Assembly: GCF_009914755.1 (NCBI RefSeq)
Contig: NC_060941.1
Direction: 5' to 3' (one strand)
Length of the DNA stretch: 64,000 bases
Origin: the human T2T-CHM13v2.0 reference genome, Homo sapiens
The translations under genes and the position numbers were made by a program. The notes beneath the pieces are model-generated. The model ran no database searches and was not told the DNA's origin. It saw nothing but the letters and a program-made list of their open reading frames with translations. Numbering within the stretch: the stretch's first letter is position 1; every line of letters begins with the position of its first letter. This document shows, one piece after another, positions 33,496-47,242 of this stretch.

Positions 33496-35002
33496 AGAGA
33501 GAGAGGCTCACACCTGTTCACCTACTTCCTCTTCCACAGTAATACTCATGTTCTGTGGCAGTTGAAAAATGGTTAAAGCACTTCCATATGTACAATACCT
33601 GCCTATTCCCTTACCTATCTCATGAATTTAATTTCATCTCCAGTTTACAGATGAGATGTGGCAGAGCCACGTCTTCTGACTCCCTGTCTGTGTCCTTAGA
33701 ACTACACTGTAGCTTCCTCCTTCGTCCACTGGAGGTTCTGTAATAGGTTCTCTCCTACCTCTGCTCTCAGCCACATCCCAGCTTGCTAAGCCCCTAGGAT
33801 ACCAGTATGTTCAGAGCACACCGGTCCCAGACTTGCACCTGAGACTACACTGTCTTTCTCTGCCTGTAAAGTGACAACTAGGAAACACTGAGATGTCAGG
33901 TACATTGTTTCTGAGGTCAGAAAACAGCTAAGGACTCGCAGGTTTGGGCTTTCTACTCCCACTTCGTGCATTAATGCTTTTTCTGGTTTTGCTTAGACCC
34001 AGATTCTTTTTCCCTGCCACCCCCAGCTCCAGGAGGCAAGAGCCTGTTTATTTTAATACCTGGTATGGCACTTGGAAAAGATCACACCTCCCCCGTTGTT
34101 ACCCAATTCTATCTCCTGAACACTAATCCTAGAATCCCAACCAGCCCCCAGACATGTTATTAGCAACAAGGGATGTTTCTTGAAAAGTTTCCGAGTTGGC
34201 TCCAAACTTACCATCTCAATTTCTCATTTAGCTTTTGCCCTGCCATGCTTGATGCTGCCAACAAAGGGAAGGCTAATTTGGGGGTTGGTTACACCCAGGT
34301 TCTCAGCTGGAAAAGTGCTTGCAATGGCTGTTTCCAAGAGCATCGTTTTGAGACAAGACTGCCATCTCTGGGATCATTTCTCAATGCTCTGGGGCTGAGA
34401 TTACTCCACTCATCCCACTTCTCCCACCGGGTAGATGTTAGAGGATGATGTTCAAGTCCAGCCTCTAGCTCACCCTCTCTTGTTTCATTTACTCTTCACT
34501 TATGGTCGGAGACCCCAGGATCTGGCCTAATAGCCTCTGAAAGCTCAGTAGGATCCTCAGCTATGATGGAGCAGGGGCAGAGGTAGGCAGGTCTGGGTTT
34601 TTGACATTTCTGTCCCACTTCGTGTCTGGGCCTCAGCTACTGCAGGCGGTCCCATGTGTCTGCTCCCTGAGTTTGCACCTCAGCCAACAGGCAGGCATCC
34701 TCAGCTGAGCCAGACCCACCTGAGGCTCAAGGTCAGACCCAAGTACAGAGTCTTTCACATGTTCCCATCAAAGTGCTCCTAATGATGGGGGAGAGTGAAC
34801 AGGCTCCTAGGGGTGCATGTTCTTAGGCCAAAGTGACTCTCAGCAAACCGAGATGACAACTGTATCCTAACTTCAGGCAAATCTTCCACTTCATGTAGAT
34901 AGAATTGCTGTTTGTTTTTTTAAATAAAAATAATCCTTTAAATGACCTTTCACTGAAGGCCAGTATGAGGCTCCATAATTAACCTGCAGCTTTGTGTTTC
35001 CC

Positions 35003-35237
35003 TAGTGCAGCGGCACTATCACGGCTCACTGCAGCCCTGACCTTCAGGTGCAAGTGATCTGCCCCAGGTAGCTGAGACTACAGGTGTGCAACCACCATGC
35101 CCGGCTGTTTTTGTATGCTTTTTAGAGACGAGGTTTCACCATGTTGCCCAGGCTGATCTTGAACTCCTTGACTCAAGCATTCAGCCCCCCTTGACCTCCC
35201 AAAGTGCTGGGATTATAGACATGAGCCATAGCGCCTA
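35003..35237 (-). mobile_element. Alu (AluJ-like, partial)
   Basis: Antisense Alu sequence. Confidence 0.85.
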
Positions 35238-35846
35238 GTGTATTTTAATTTCTTACTTCTAGTCCGCCTTTGGAATGGAGGGCCACAGCCTGGGGGAGCA
35301 GACATAAAGCCTGGGATCCTTGGGCAGGGTGAGGATTAGAGATTTTCAGATACAGTGGAGGGACAGGTGATGCAATCAAGAGGCCCTTAGCGACCCCATG
35401 TGATCCCACAGGGCCAGTTAAAATCTGATTTATTCTCCCCAAAAGTGGTGCTCCAGGAGGAAGCCAAATTCATTCCAGCCCTATACTTGCTTCTAGCTGC
35501 TGCTCTGGTCCTTTCATACCCCCACCCCAACCCTCTGGGAGCCTACCTAGAATAAATGGAACCGCTGTACCACGGTGTTGCTCATCCTCCTGTAGAATGC
35601 CTGCGTGTCCCTAAAAAGGCAAAAAGTAAAGGCCCCATGCTGAGACTTCCTACATGCCAGGCATTGTGTTAAGGATTTTACACACCTCAGCTCATTTACA
35701 CCCTGTCAACAACAGTGAGGGACAATTAATCACACTCCATTTAATAAATGAGACTATAGACTTCAAGTTACTTGCCTCAGTTACAATAGTAAGTGGCAGA
35801 GTCAAGATTTAAATCTAGCTCTGTCTGATTCTGAAGCCCAGGCTCA

Positions 35847-36482
<636 letters not shown>

Positions 36483-37539
36483 TCATCCTGTCAATCAGGG
36501 CCTTTGTGACCAACCTCTCGCCTCTCCACCCACCATGCTTCCTCATGGGCTCCTGTCTGGTTCCCAGACTCACTTCTCAAGCCTGTGTAATTGCTCTTGA
36601 CTTCCGTAGCTTTCTTCTGCTACAATCTCCCTCCACCCAGCCCCAAAATCTACTTCTTTCAAGGTTGCTTCCTTGAAAGTTGCCTCCTGCGAAGCTTCAG
36701 TGACTCGTCTAATGAGTTGTCCCACTTCCCCTGCCCTCCGCAGAACCTTGACTTTGCACACAGCACATTTTAATGTTGTGTGGTCTGCTTTTGATCTCAC
36801 GTTGGACTGTGAGCCTCATACCAAACTCATCAGTGACTGCTCAGCTAGGGACTCCCAATCTTTGTATTCACATTTTACATCTAAGTGAGACAAGCTTCTC
36901 GACCTCAACTATCTCATCTGTAAAGTGGAGGAAACAATCTACCCCGTAGAATTGTGAGGATTCAATCTGAGGATGCATGCAAAGCTCATAGCGCACTGGC
37001 AAAATAGAGGTTGCCTATCAATGATGACATTGATTATGACATGACGTTGATCATTAAAGGTTAGAGATGATGACTTTTAGAATAAATACATGGGTGATTT
37101 TGCCCTCAATCCTGACAAATGCTGGTATCTCCCATTCTGGAGAGAAGAGGCCTATGACAGTTTTAGGGGCGTGGAGGTCAGCATTGGCAGGGGAGACCTT
37201 CTTTGTGCCAGCCAGCTCTGCCTTTCACTGCAGCAGTGAAGGGTGAGAGTGATCACCCTTCGCTCAGCCCTTGAGGAGGGTGGAGGAGCAGAGCCTGGAT
37301 GTCTCTAACACACTGTGCCGGGCACACAGTGGCCTGGTGACAGGCCTGGGCGAGGGGCATATGAGGCCAAGAGTCGGAATGAGCAAAGGCCTTGAGGGCT
37401 TTCCCATGCCTTTCTTCAGCTCCTCCAAGTTACAGCTAAATTCCCGCAGGGAGAGTCTGGAGGGGTGCGAAGGTCGAGGCCAGGGATTAAAGAATTCGTC
37501 CAGGGCCGCCCAAGCGAATATGTCAGGCTCAGGGACCCA

Positions 37540-38210
37540 GCGGAATGCCAGCCCGCACCCCCGCACCCCCTCCTCCTTCCAGCGCGAGCAGGCGGCGCGC
37601 TCCGGAGGGAGAGCTGGGGCTGGAGGTTCCTACCCCCTCGGCGGCCCGCATCTGCCCCCGCGCGCCCGCCCTGAGCCCGCCCCGACTGGGCAGGCGGGGG
37701 AGCCCCTACTTCTCTCCCCCCGGGCGGGGGAGCCGGGGGGCAGCGCCGGAGCCCGGGGGGAGCTCAGCCCCGCCGACCGGCCGGCCAGGGCAGGGGGCAG
37801 CTAGGACGGCCCCGGGTAAGCGGCGGGAGGAGGGGAAGCGGTCAGGGGTGGAGCGGGGCCGGGTCAGGGGCTCGGGGGGTCGGGCCGGGGTCGGGGGAGG
37901 AGGAGACGGCCTGGGCGAGGGGCGTCCGGGACTAGGAGGGGGCCGGCGGGCGGGCGGGCGGGGAAGCGGCGCGGGGCCGCCACGTGAGAGCTGGAGCTGG
38001 GGGTGGGGGTGCCTGCAAGGTGCTGGAGGCGGAGAGCGAGCTGGGCTTCTACATCCCCCCAAACTCCTACCAATCAGGTCATGGGGAGCGCAGCATCCTC
38101 TGTCGCCCCCAGCCCACCCCCAGGCGAACGTGGTTGGAACAAACAGCTGGCAGACTTGTGACCCGGCCCTCGGGATCCGCGAAGCCCCCGCTCTCAGCCT
38201 TGGGCAGCGA
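37540..38210. promoter_or_regulatory. CpG island / RASL10B promoter
   Basis: Very high GC and CpG density, several GC boxes (GGGCGG/CCCGCCCC); surrounds the non-coding first exon. Confidence 0.9.
37578..37815 (+). other. RASL10B: RASL10B exon 1 (non-coding; 5' start approximate)
   Basis: Strong donor CGG|GTAAGC at 37815/37816 inside the CpG island. Confidence 0.75.
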
Positions 38211-39948
38211 CCCAGGTGTCCAGACGCAGGGAAGGGGACGGAACCAGGCTTCGCCCCCTGTGTGTGTCTCTGGTCTCTTGCCTCTCTTTCCGGGCAGTCT
38301 CTTGCCGGGCGCTGTCTGCAGACTCACTGCAGAGCGCAGGCCTTGGGGAGAAAGCGCTCAGGGGCCTGGGCCCTGCTTCCTGGGACAGCCCCCTCCCTTC
38401 CGCACTCAGCCAAGGGTGTTGGATTAATATACTCTTAGATCCAGGACCTCTGCCTGGAAAGAAGGAAGGGGCACCGATCGCTTCTGAGTTGGGGACAGGG
38501 CCACACTTGGACCTGATGAGTTCCAGGAGGCTGGCCCCAGCCTAGGGGCCTCCTGCACCCCCTTCCTAGCTCCTGGGTAGTGCCCCTCTTGCATTTCCCT
38601 GCCGCTCCCCAGAAAGGGCTGGTTTCTGGGCAGGGAGTGTGGTGTCCGCGACAATCTGCAGGTAGGGTGCATCCTAGAAATCTCTGAGCTGCCACACCCA
38701 GAGAGAGGCCAGGACTCTTCTTGGCGTTCCTTGCCCTCTCTTCCTCCCCTAGGACTCCCCACTCCCCACCTGCCTGTACTGGTTATGTAATTAACCCAGC
38801 TGAGTCTCTCTGCCATGCTGGTGGTAGTGGTGTCCAGGGATGCCTAAGGGGCTTCGGGACCTGGAGGGACACATGGGGAGGAGGGATAGGTACTTCCCCC
38901 TAGTTGGGAGCCCATGTAAGTGTATAAACACCTGTTGGAGAAGGGACACTGCATGGGGCAGGAAGGAGTTCAGGGTCCTAATCTTAGTTAACAACTCAAC
39001 TGGCTATGAGGTCTTCACTTCCCTAAGTCACTAGGTTTGTTTTTTGGGGGGTTTGTTTGTTTTTTAAACCTTCAATAAAATGAGAAGAATCTCTCTCACG
39101 CACACTGCATGCATGTGAGCTCATGCAACAGTAGATAGCAGCCCCTCCTGGGATTGCTAGGAGGTTCCACTGCTAAGTTTGTGGGAAGCTTAGATGAATG
39201 AATGACCCCTGCCCATAGCAGTGGTCACTGTTTATTGAACACCTACTCTGGCCTAGGCACTGGGCTTTACATGCACACATCATAACACTTAATAAAGTTT
39301 CTTGCCCAAGGTCACACTTCAGGTGAATGGCAGAGCTAGGAATCAAGCCCTGGCGGTTCTCATTCCACATCCTGACCTGTATTTACTATGCTGTGTGCGC
39401 ACATACCCCGTGGAGTGAGTCCTCTGAACCAGGACAACCTGGGGGACATTCAGCTGTGGCTTGTGCATATGTGGAAAGAACATGCATCTGCAGAGAAGTA
39501 TGCACCCATGCGGAAAAGCATGGCCTTGCCAGAATCCGGCGAACCCACCTGCCCTGGAGCCAGTTAGCAAGTGCTGATGTCACCCTCCTGGGAATCCAGA
39601 CAGGAGGTCTCAGGCATGTAACAGCCTCTCTGGTCACCATCACCAACAAAAGAAGAAAGGTTCTCTCCTTTTCCTGGCTAAGAGATTTACTTGGATTTTC
39701 TCAGAAGTAGGGGCTGTTGACCTCATTTTACCTATGTGCAGAAGCATGGCTCCAGTTGAGAAGGTGATTTGCCCACTGACCTGCAGCAAGGACACACCAG
39801 AGCTGATGAATTCGTATCAAGGCCCAAACCCCTAGCAGCCCTTTTCTGGGCACCTGCTATGTGCCAGGCCCTCTGGGCTCTAGGGGATGCCAGAGAATCA
39901 GACCCAGACCTTGGCCTATATGCATTCACTGGTTAGAATCACTGAACT

Positions 39949-40273
<325 letters not shown>

Positions 40274-40419
40274 TTACTCCTTCTAAGCTTCTCTCTAAAG
40301 TGGGAATAACAGTACTTATCCCTTAGAGATGTCGTACTGACCAAGGATAACCATATGGGCATGCCAGCAGAGTAAGTGCTCAGCAGTGTTGCACCCCAGA
40401 GGCGACGTGGTCATCTAGT

Positions 40420-40608
40420 GCAGCATTCTCAACTAGGGGCATTTGGAAATGGGGGCAGGGGGAGTTTTTGGTCATCATGGTGTCTGGAGGCTGGCAGTTA
40501 CCTCTTGGGGGCCACGGAAAGCAAATGTCCTGCAATGTGTGGGCAGTCCTGCACAATCGAGTTCTCTCCCCACAAACTGTCAGGAGTGCCAGCACTGAGA
40601 CACACCTG
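40420..40608 (+). mobile_element. MER20-family hAT relic in RASL10B intron 1
   Basis: ttctcaactagggg-catttggaaatg...tcctgcaatgtgtgggcagtcctgcacaa...tgagacacacctg resembles MER20/MER20B as recalled. Confidence 0.55.
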
Positions 40609-41121
40609 CCCAGTCCCACCCATTCAGGAGGACACAGACTCAGAGGTGTTGCCGTCTTGTCCCAGGCTCTGTGGGGAAGCTGGGATCAAACCAAGTCCAG
40701 TGCGCTTCCCACTCTGCTCTGCAGCCTGTTTTGGTTGGAGTTGGACCTGGAGAAAAGTCAAGTCATAAGTCAAGAAAGATTGGGCCCTACTACTGGAATG
40801 CAGGAAAAAATGGAGGAGGGATGGAGAGGTTTTGGAAAGGCAGCCACAGGGGTTCTGGGAGAGGGAAGGCATTCTAAGTGGCAGTAACAGCTTCAGCAAA
40901 GTCCCAGAGGTGGAAAAGTGCAGGACACGTCCAGGGATAAGCCAGTGCACTAAGCCCACCTCTTGTCCCCACAGTCCAGGTGGAGGCCGCAGAGGGCCCA
41001 GGGCAAGCAGAGGCAGCAATGGTTGGTCCTGACGGTGGCTGAGCCCCCAGCCCCTGGAATATGCAGCCCGGGGGAGCCCCAGACAGCGGCAAGGACGAGG
41101 TGGCGGAGTGGGGCGGGAGGC

Positions 41122-41337
41122 ATGGTCTCCACCTACCGGGTGGCCGTGCTGGGGGCGCGAGGTGTGGGCAAGAGTGCCATCGTGCGCCAGTTCTTGTACA
41201 ACGAGTTCAGCGAGGTCTGCGTCCCCACCACCGCCCGCCGCCTTTACCTGCCTGCTGTCGTCATGAACGGCCACGTGCACGACCTCCAGATCCTCGACTT
41301 TCCACCCATCAGCGCCTTCCCTGTCAATACGCTCCAG
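41122..41337 (+). CDS. RASL10B: RAS-like family 10 member B, exon 2 coding part (exon begins at 40975)
   Basis: ggcATGG Kozak context; [18 protein letters not shown] carries the P-loop; 216 nt; CAG|GTAGGA donor; acceptor tcttgtccccacag at 40974. Confidence 0.97.
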
Positions 41338-42656
41338 GTAGGAGGACCCTGGGGGGCATGGGTTAGTGGGGAAACGGATGGGTAGGGGAGAGGCTGGATT
41401 CCAAACTGCTGTAGCTTGGGCCCTATTGCCAGGGCCCCATCACTGAGTTTGGGAGCTCCACACTGCACCTTGGGCCACTCTGCTTAGAGCCGTTCCAGGA
41501 ATCCATTCATTGGTGTGCTAGTTTATTCAACAAATATTTGGTGACCGTTCAATGTGTGCCAGGCCCTGCAGTGGGCACTGGTGCAGAATGGTGAGCAAAA
41601 AATATATGGAATTTGCTTTCAAGAAACTCATAGTCTGGTGAGAAAAGGCAAATATGGTGTGATAAGTTCTATGATTGGAGGAGCAGGGAGCTGGGGCAGC
41701 CCTTAAGGGGGCATCTAGGCCATCCAGATGTGTTGGGGTGGAGTTGGGGGGTCACAGAGGGTGATGTCTCAACTAAATAGGTTTTAGGCAGGTAAGAGTC
41801 AGTAGAGAAAAGGACAGGGAACACTAGGCTACTGTGAGTATTCGGAGCTGTGCCTACCGTAACCTCACTCCACATCCTCTGGAGAAGGGACAGCAGCAGA
41901 ACAGACGGGGCCCTGGGAAAGGTGTGTTCTTGGAGACTCTGGAGACCCCAGTCAGGTCTCTTGCCCAAGGCCCTCTTCTCTTAAGTGATGCTCTGCCCCT
42001 GACCTCAGGACCTGCCTGCTGGGCACCCTCCCTGCCAGGTTTGGATTTAAATGCCTGAGGGTCCTCACTTATTGTGTTCCTTCCCCACTGCCTGCTGGAA
42101 CCAGGTCCTCTTGCCCTCTCTCAACCTCTGACTTGAGAGGGAGTGGAGAGAAAAAGGAAGCTGAGCTCTAGGACATGTTTGCTCACTGAAGGAAGCCTCT
42201 GACCAGAGTGTACAGAGCTTTTCCAGGAAGGACAGGCACAGTGGTGGAGGCCCAGAAGACAGGGGACAAGGCTCGTCCAGGTGTAACTGAGCAAATCAAG
42301 CAGTCTCTCAGGCTGAGACCCTGGGCTGGGAGATGGCGGGCAGCTCAGCACTCAGCACTCTCGGCAACACCAGGCAGGAGGGCCCTGGCCTAATCTGCCG
42401 GAGACACCTGTTCACCCATCCCAGGCACCTGGGGTCAGGAGGAAAGATGGAAGCCTGATCCCGCATCTGCCCTGGAAGCAGTGAGGCTGAGCCTGTCAGG
42501 GCAGACAGTCTGGATGCAGGGCCTTCTAGTTCTCTTCTAAAGGAGACTTTAACAATCACCTGATTGGACATTCAAATCTTGCTCCAAGCCTACACACTGA
42601 GCTTTGTTGATTTCATCTTGCCCCCTTTACCTTGATTCCTGCCCCACTCTCTATAA

Positions 42657-44154
<1,498 letters not shown>

Positions 44155-46345
44155 CTATTGGGTTGTTGGCTTTTTTCTTCTTGACTGACCCTGAGTTTTG
44201 GACTCTAAGATATCCAAGATTTCACTCCTGGAGCCCAGTAAGGGACTTTTGGCAGAGAAATACTGTGAAAAAGGTATCCTCAAGGCACCAAAGATTAAGT
44301 ATAAAACCTAGGAATCCTGATGGCCACCATCTGGAAACAAAATAATACATTCTTCTCCAATGCCAGATGAGATAGAGCCCAGGAGAGTAGTGTTTCCTGG
44401 GTGTGAGCCTCAGTGTCTTCTGCAGCCCCTTCTATCAGAGAAGGAAGCTGAGATTATCAGGTGCTTGCAACTCACCAAAGGAATTATCAGCAAATGCATG
44501 GTTGAGATGCAGGTGGCTGAGCCTTGTCCCTGAAACTGGACTCCCTTTCTATTGCTCCTTCTCTGTCTTGACAGAGCCCCAAGATGGCCTTTTACAGTTT
44601 GGAACCCTGCTTCCTCCCTTCAATCAAGGGGGAAGGGATAAGCTAGCCAATCAGGGGCCTTCCTCCTCTCTCTTTTAGGAACCCCCAGAGAGGAGTGGGT
44701 GGGAGGAAGCCAGGAGTTCCCCTCAAGGAGGCAACATGTTGGGGGAGAGGTGGGGCTGTCACCCTCAAAAGCTGGCAGCTGCTCCCTCTCCCCAGCAGAC
44801 AGCTTGAAGAGACTGGGAGCTTCTCATCCCTCCCACTTCTCACTGATCTCCATTGGTCTTGGGGGATCGTGGGAGCATCCGTATACACAGGTTCCAGGCT
44901 CCTGGAGATCACTGTGTCCAGCAGAATGCAGTCTTCCCTGGCCTAAGAAACCAGTTTCCTATGGTTTTAGGTTTGTCCTCGGCATCCTCCCGCCGCACCA
45001 AAAATTTAAACCTCAGCACAAAGAAAAGATGCCACATCATCTCCCTAGGGAAATCCACTGCAGCATCTTCTAAGCCTTTGAGTTGGGAAGTGCTGTTCTG
45101 AAGTTGGACTTAACTCTGCACTACTGCCACCAAAGTCGTTTCCTTTTGATCCTTCTTGGAAGTGGAGAACTGTAGTCCTCCTTTGTGCCTGGCCCCTGCC
45201 CCACTCAATTCAGATGCTGGGACAGGAGACATACCTCCACCTTCTTCTAGTCTTTTGCCTGGGCTTTGGTGGGAGAAGACTCTGGTTTCCTTTGTCCTTG
45301 GAGGCCTCTGTCCCCCCACCTTTAGGGACCCCCTTCTTTCCACACACTGGCTGCCTGAAACCGCTCTTGCAGCTGGCACGTTGACTAATGAATCTGTTAA
45401 GGAAACTTCTCTTTAGTGTACTTGGCCTTTCTAGGAGTCTCTTCACCTTGAGCTGTACCCCCCAATCCCTTGAGAAGTTGCCACAAACATTCAGGAAGTT
45501 CATCTCCCTGGAGCTGCCCAGGGGCCCTACTCTACATCAGCCCATTATGCATCCAGTCTGAATCTTTTTCTGTTTCTCAACCCTGAGGGCAGAGAGAAGC
45601 ATACAGAAGGGGCACATCAGGTAGCAGTCTAAGGGCAGTGGCAGAGGCAGGAGTTGCATTGATCCCAGCTTGGGCCATGGAGAGCTCACCAGCCCAGGTA
45701 GTGCTATTAAGGAGCACCTGCTTTGAGCCAACAGTGCTAGACACTCAGGGAGGAAGAGGGAGTATATACAAATGAGGATGGCCTGGCTGTGGCCTTCTCA
45801 GGAGCTCACAGCAGAAGTGGGGAACTGGAGATGGAACAGCTCTAATGAAAGTGTAATAGAAGGATTGTTAGAACACAGGAGATGAAGGGAGTAGTCCCCT
45901 GCTTGCAGGAAGGATGGGAAATCAGGAAGCTTCTTGGAGGTGGTGGCACTTTAGCTGAACCTTGGAAGATAGAATTTTAACAGGTCCAACACCCAGCTCA
46001 GAGCTGGACTCTTAGAGGTACTTAATAAATGTACTTGTTGAACAAAGGCCTCGATGGATGGATGAGGGCACGACATGGAGCAAGGCAGAGCTAAACTCCA
46101 GATGTGCACAAGACAGTGCAGTGGCCCTGTAGATCAAACAATGTGACCTGCTCCATCCTGGCTTGGGAATGGGGAGGCTACAGCTCCTCCATTCTCCCTG
46201 GGCCTGGTCTCCTGGGGATGGTCAGGTATGGAAGGCTTCAGGTGCAGTGGCAGGTGAGAGCACTGCCCCTCTGATGGGAGGTGTTTGGGGGCTAGGGGAG
46301 CCCTCATGGCTGCTCTGACCCTGGTACTGGCTGGGGATATTGCAG

Positions 46346-46470
46346 GAGTGGGCAGACACCTGCTGCAGGGGACTCCGGAGTGTCCACGCCTACATCCTGG
46401 TCTACGACATCTGCTGCTTTGACAGCTTTGAGTACGTCAAGACCATCCGCCAGCAGATCCTGGAGACGAG
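46346..46470 (+). CDS. RASL10B: RASL10B exon 3, [42 protein letters not shown]
   Basis: ttgcag acceptor, gtgaga donor; 125 nt; Ras-family ILVYDI...SFE motif; frame is continuous. Confidence 0.96.
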
Positions 46471-46971
46471 GTGAGAGGCTGGAACACAGTCCATTGCCAC
46501 CTCTGTGGATGCCCCAGTGCTAGCCAGTCCCTGTGAAAAGGGCACAGTATAGGGACACAGATAGAGGTATATGTGTTCTAAGATTTCCACACATACACTC
46601 AAACATGCATACATTGTGCTGTTCCCATTTCTGTCAACTCATGTTGGGACCGTGGCTGTGGGGGTGGCTAGAGTAGTGCAGTAGTTAAGAACTGGGACTT
46701 CTGGAACAAGACTTCCAGGGCCACTCAGCTGCATGACTTGAAGCCAGTAAACATTTAAGCCTATGTCCTCATCTGTAAAATGGGGATAACAGTAGAACCC
46801 ATCTTTTAGATCAGTTGTGCTGATCAGAGAATATAACACCTCCAGGGCTTAGGGCTGCGCCTGGAGCAGAACCTACGGTGGTGGTAGTATTGGCCAGGCA
46901 CAGCCTGCCCTGCTGGGAGTACAGCGGTTGTGGGGCTGACAGAGTTCTGAGCTGCCTGCCTCGCCCCACAG

Positions 46972-47242
46972 GGTGATCGGAACCTCAGAGACGCCCATCA
47001 TCATCGTGGGCAACAAGCGGGACCTGCAGCGCGGACGCGTGATCCCGCGCTGGAACGTGTCGCACCTGGTACGCAAGACCTGGAAGTGCGGCTACGTGGA
47101 ATGCTCGGCCAAGTACAACTGGCACATCCTGCTGCTCTTCAGCGAGCTGCTCAAGAGCGTCGGCTGCGCCCGTTGCAAGCACGTGCACGCTGCCCTGCGC
47201 TTCCAGGGCGCGCTGCGCCGCAACCGCTGCGCCATCATGTGA
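46972..47242 (+). CDS. RASL10B: RASL10B exon 4 coding part, ending in CAAX box CAIM
   Basis: G4 NKRD and G5 ECSAK motifs; 216+125+271 = 612 nt = 203 aa + TGA. Confidence 0.97.

Noticed and set aside
37271-38438. 177-aa and 297-aa ORFs over the CpG island
   Set aside because: Low-complexity Gly/Arg/Pro peptides expected from stop-poor GC-rich DNA; the longer one runs through the exon 1 donor.
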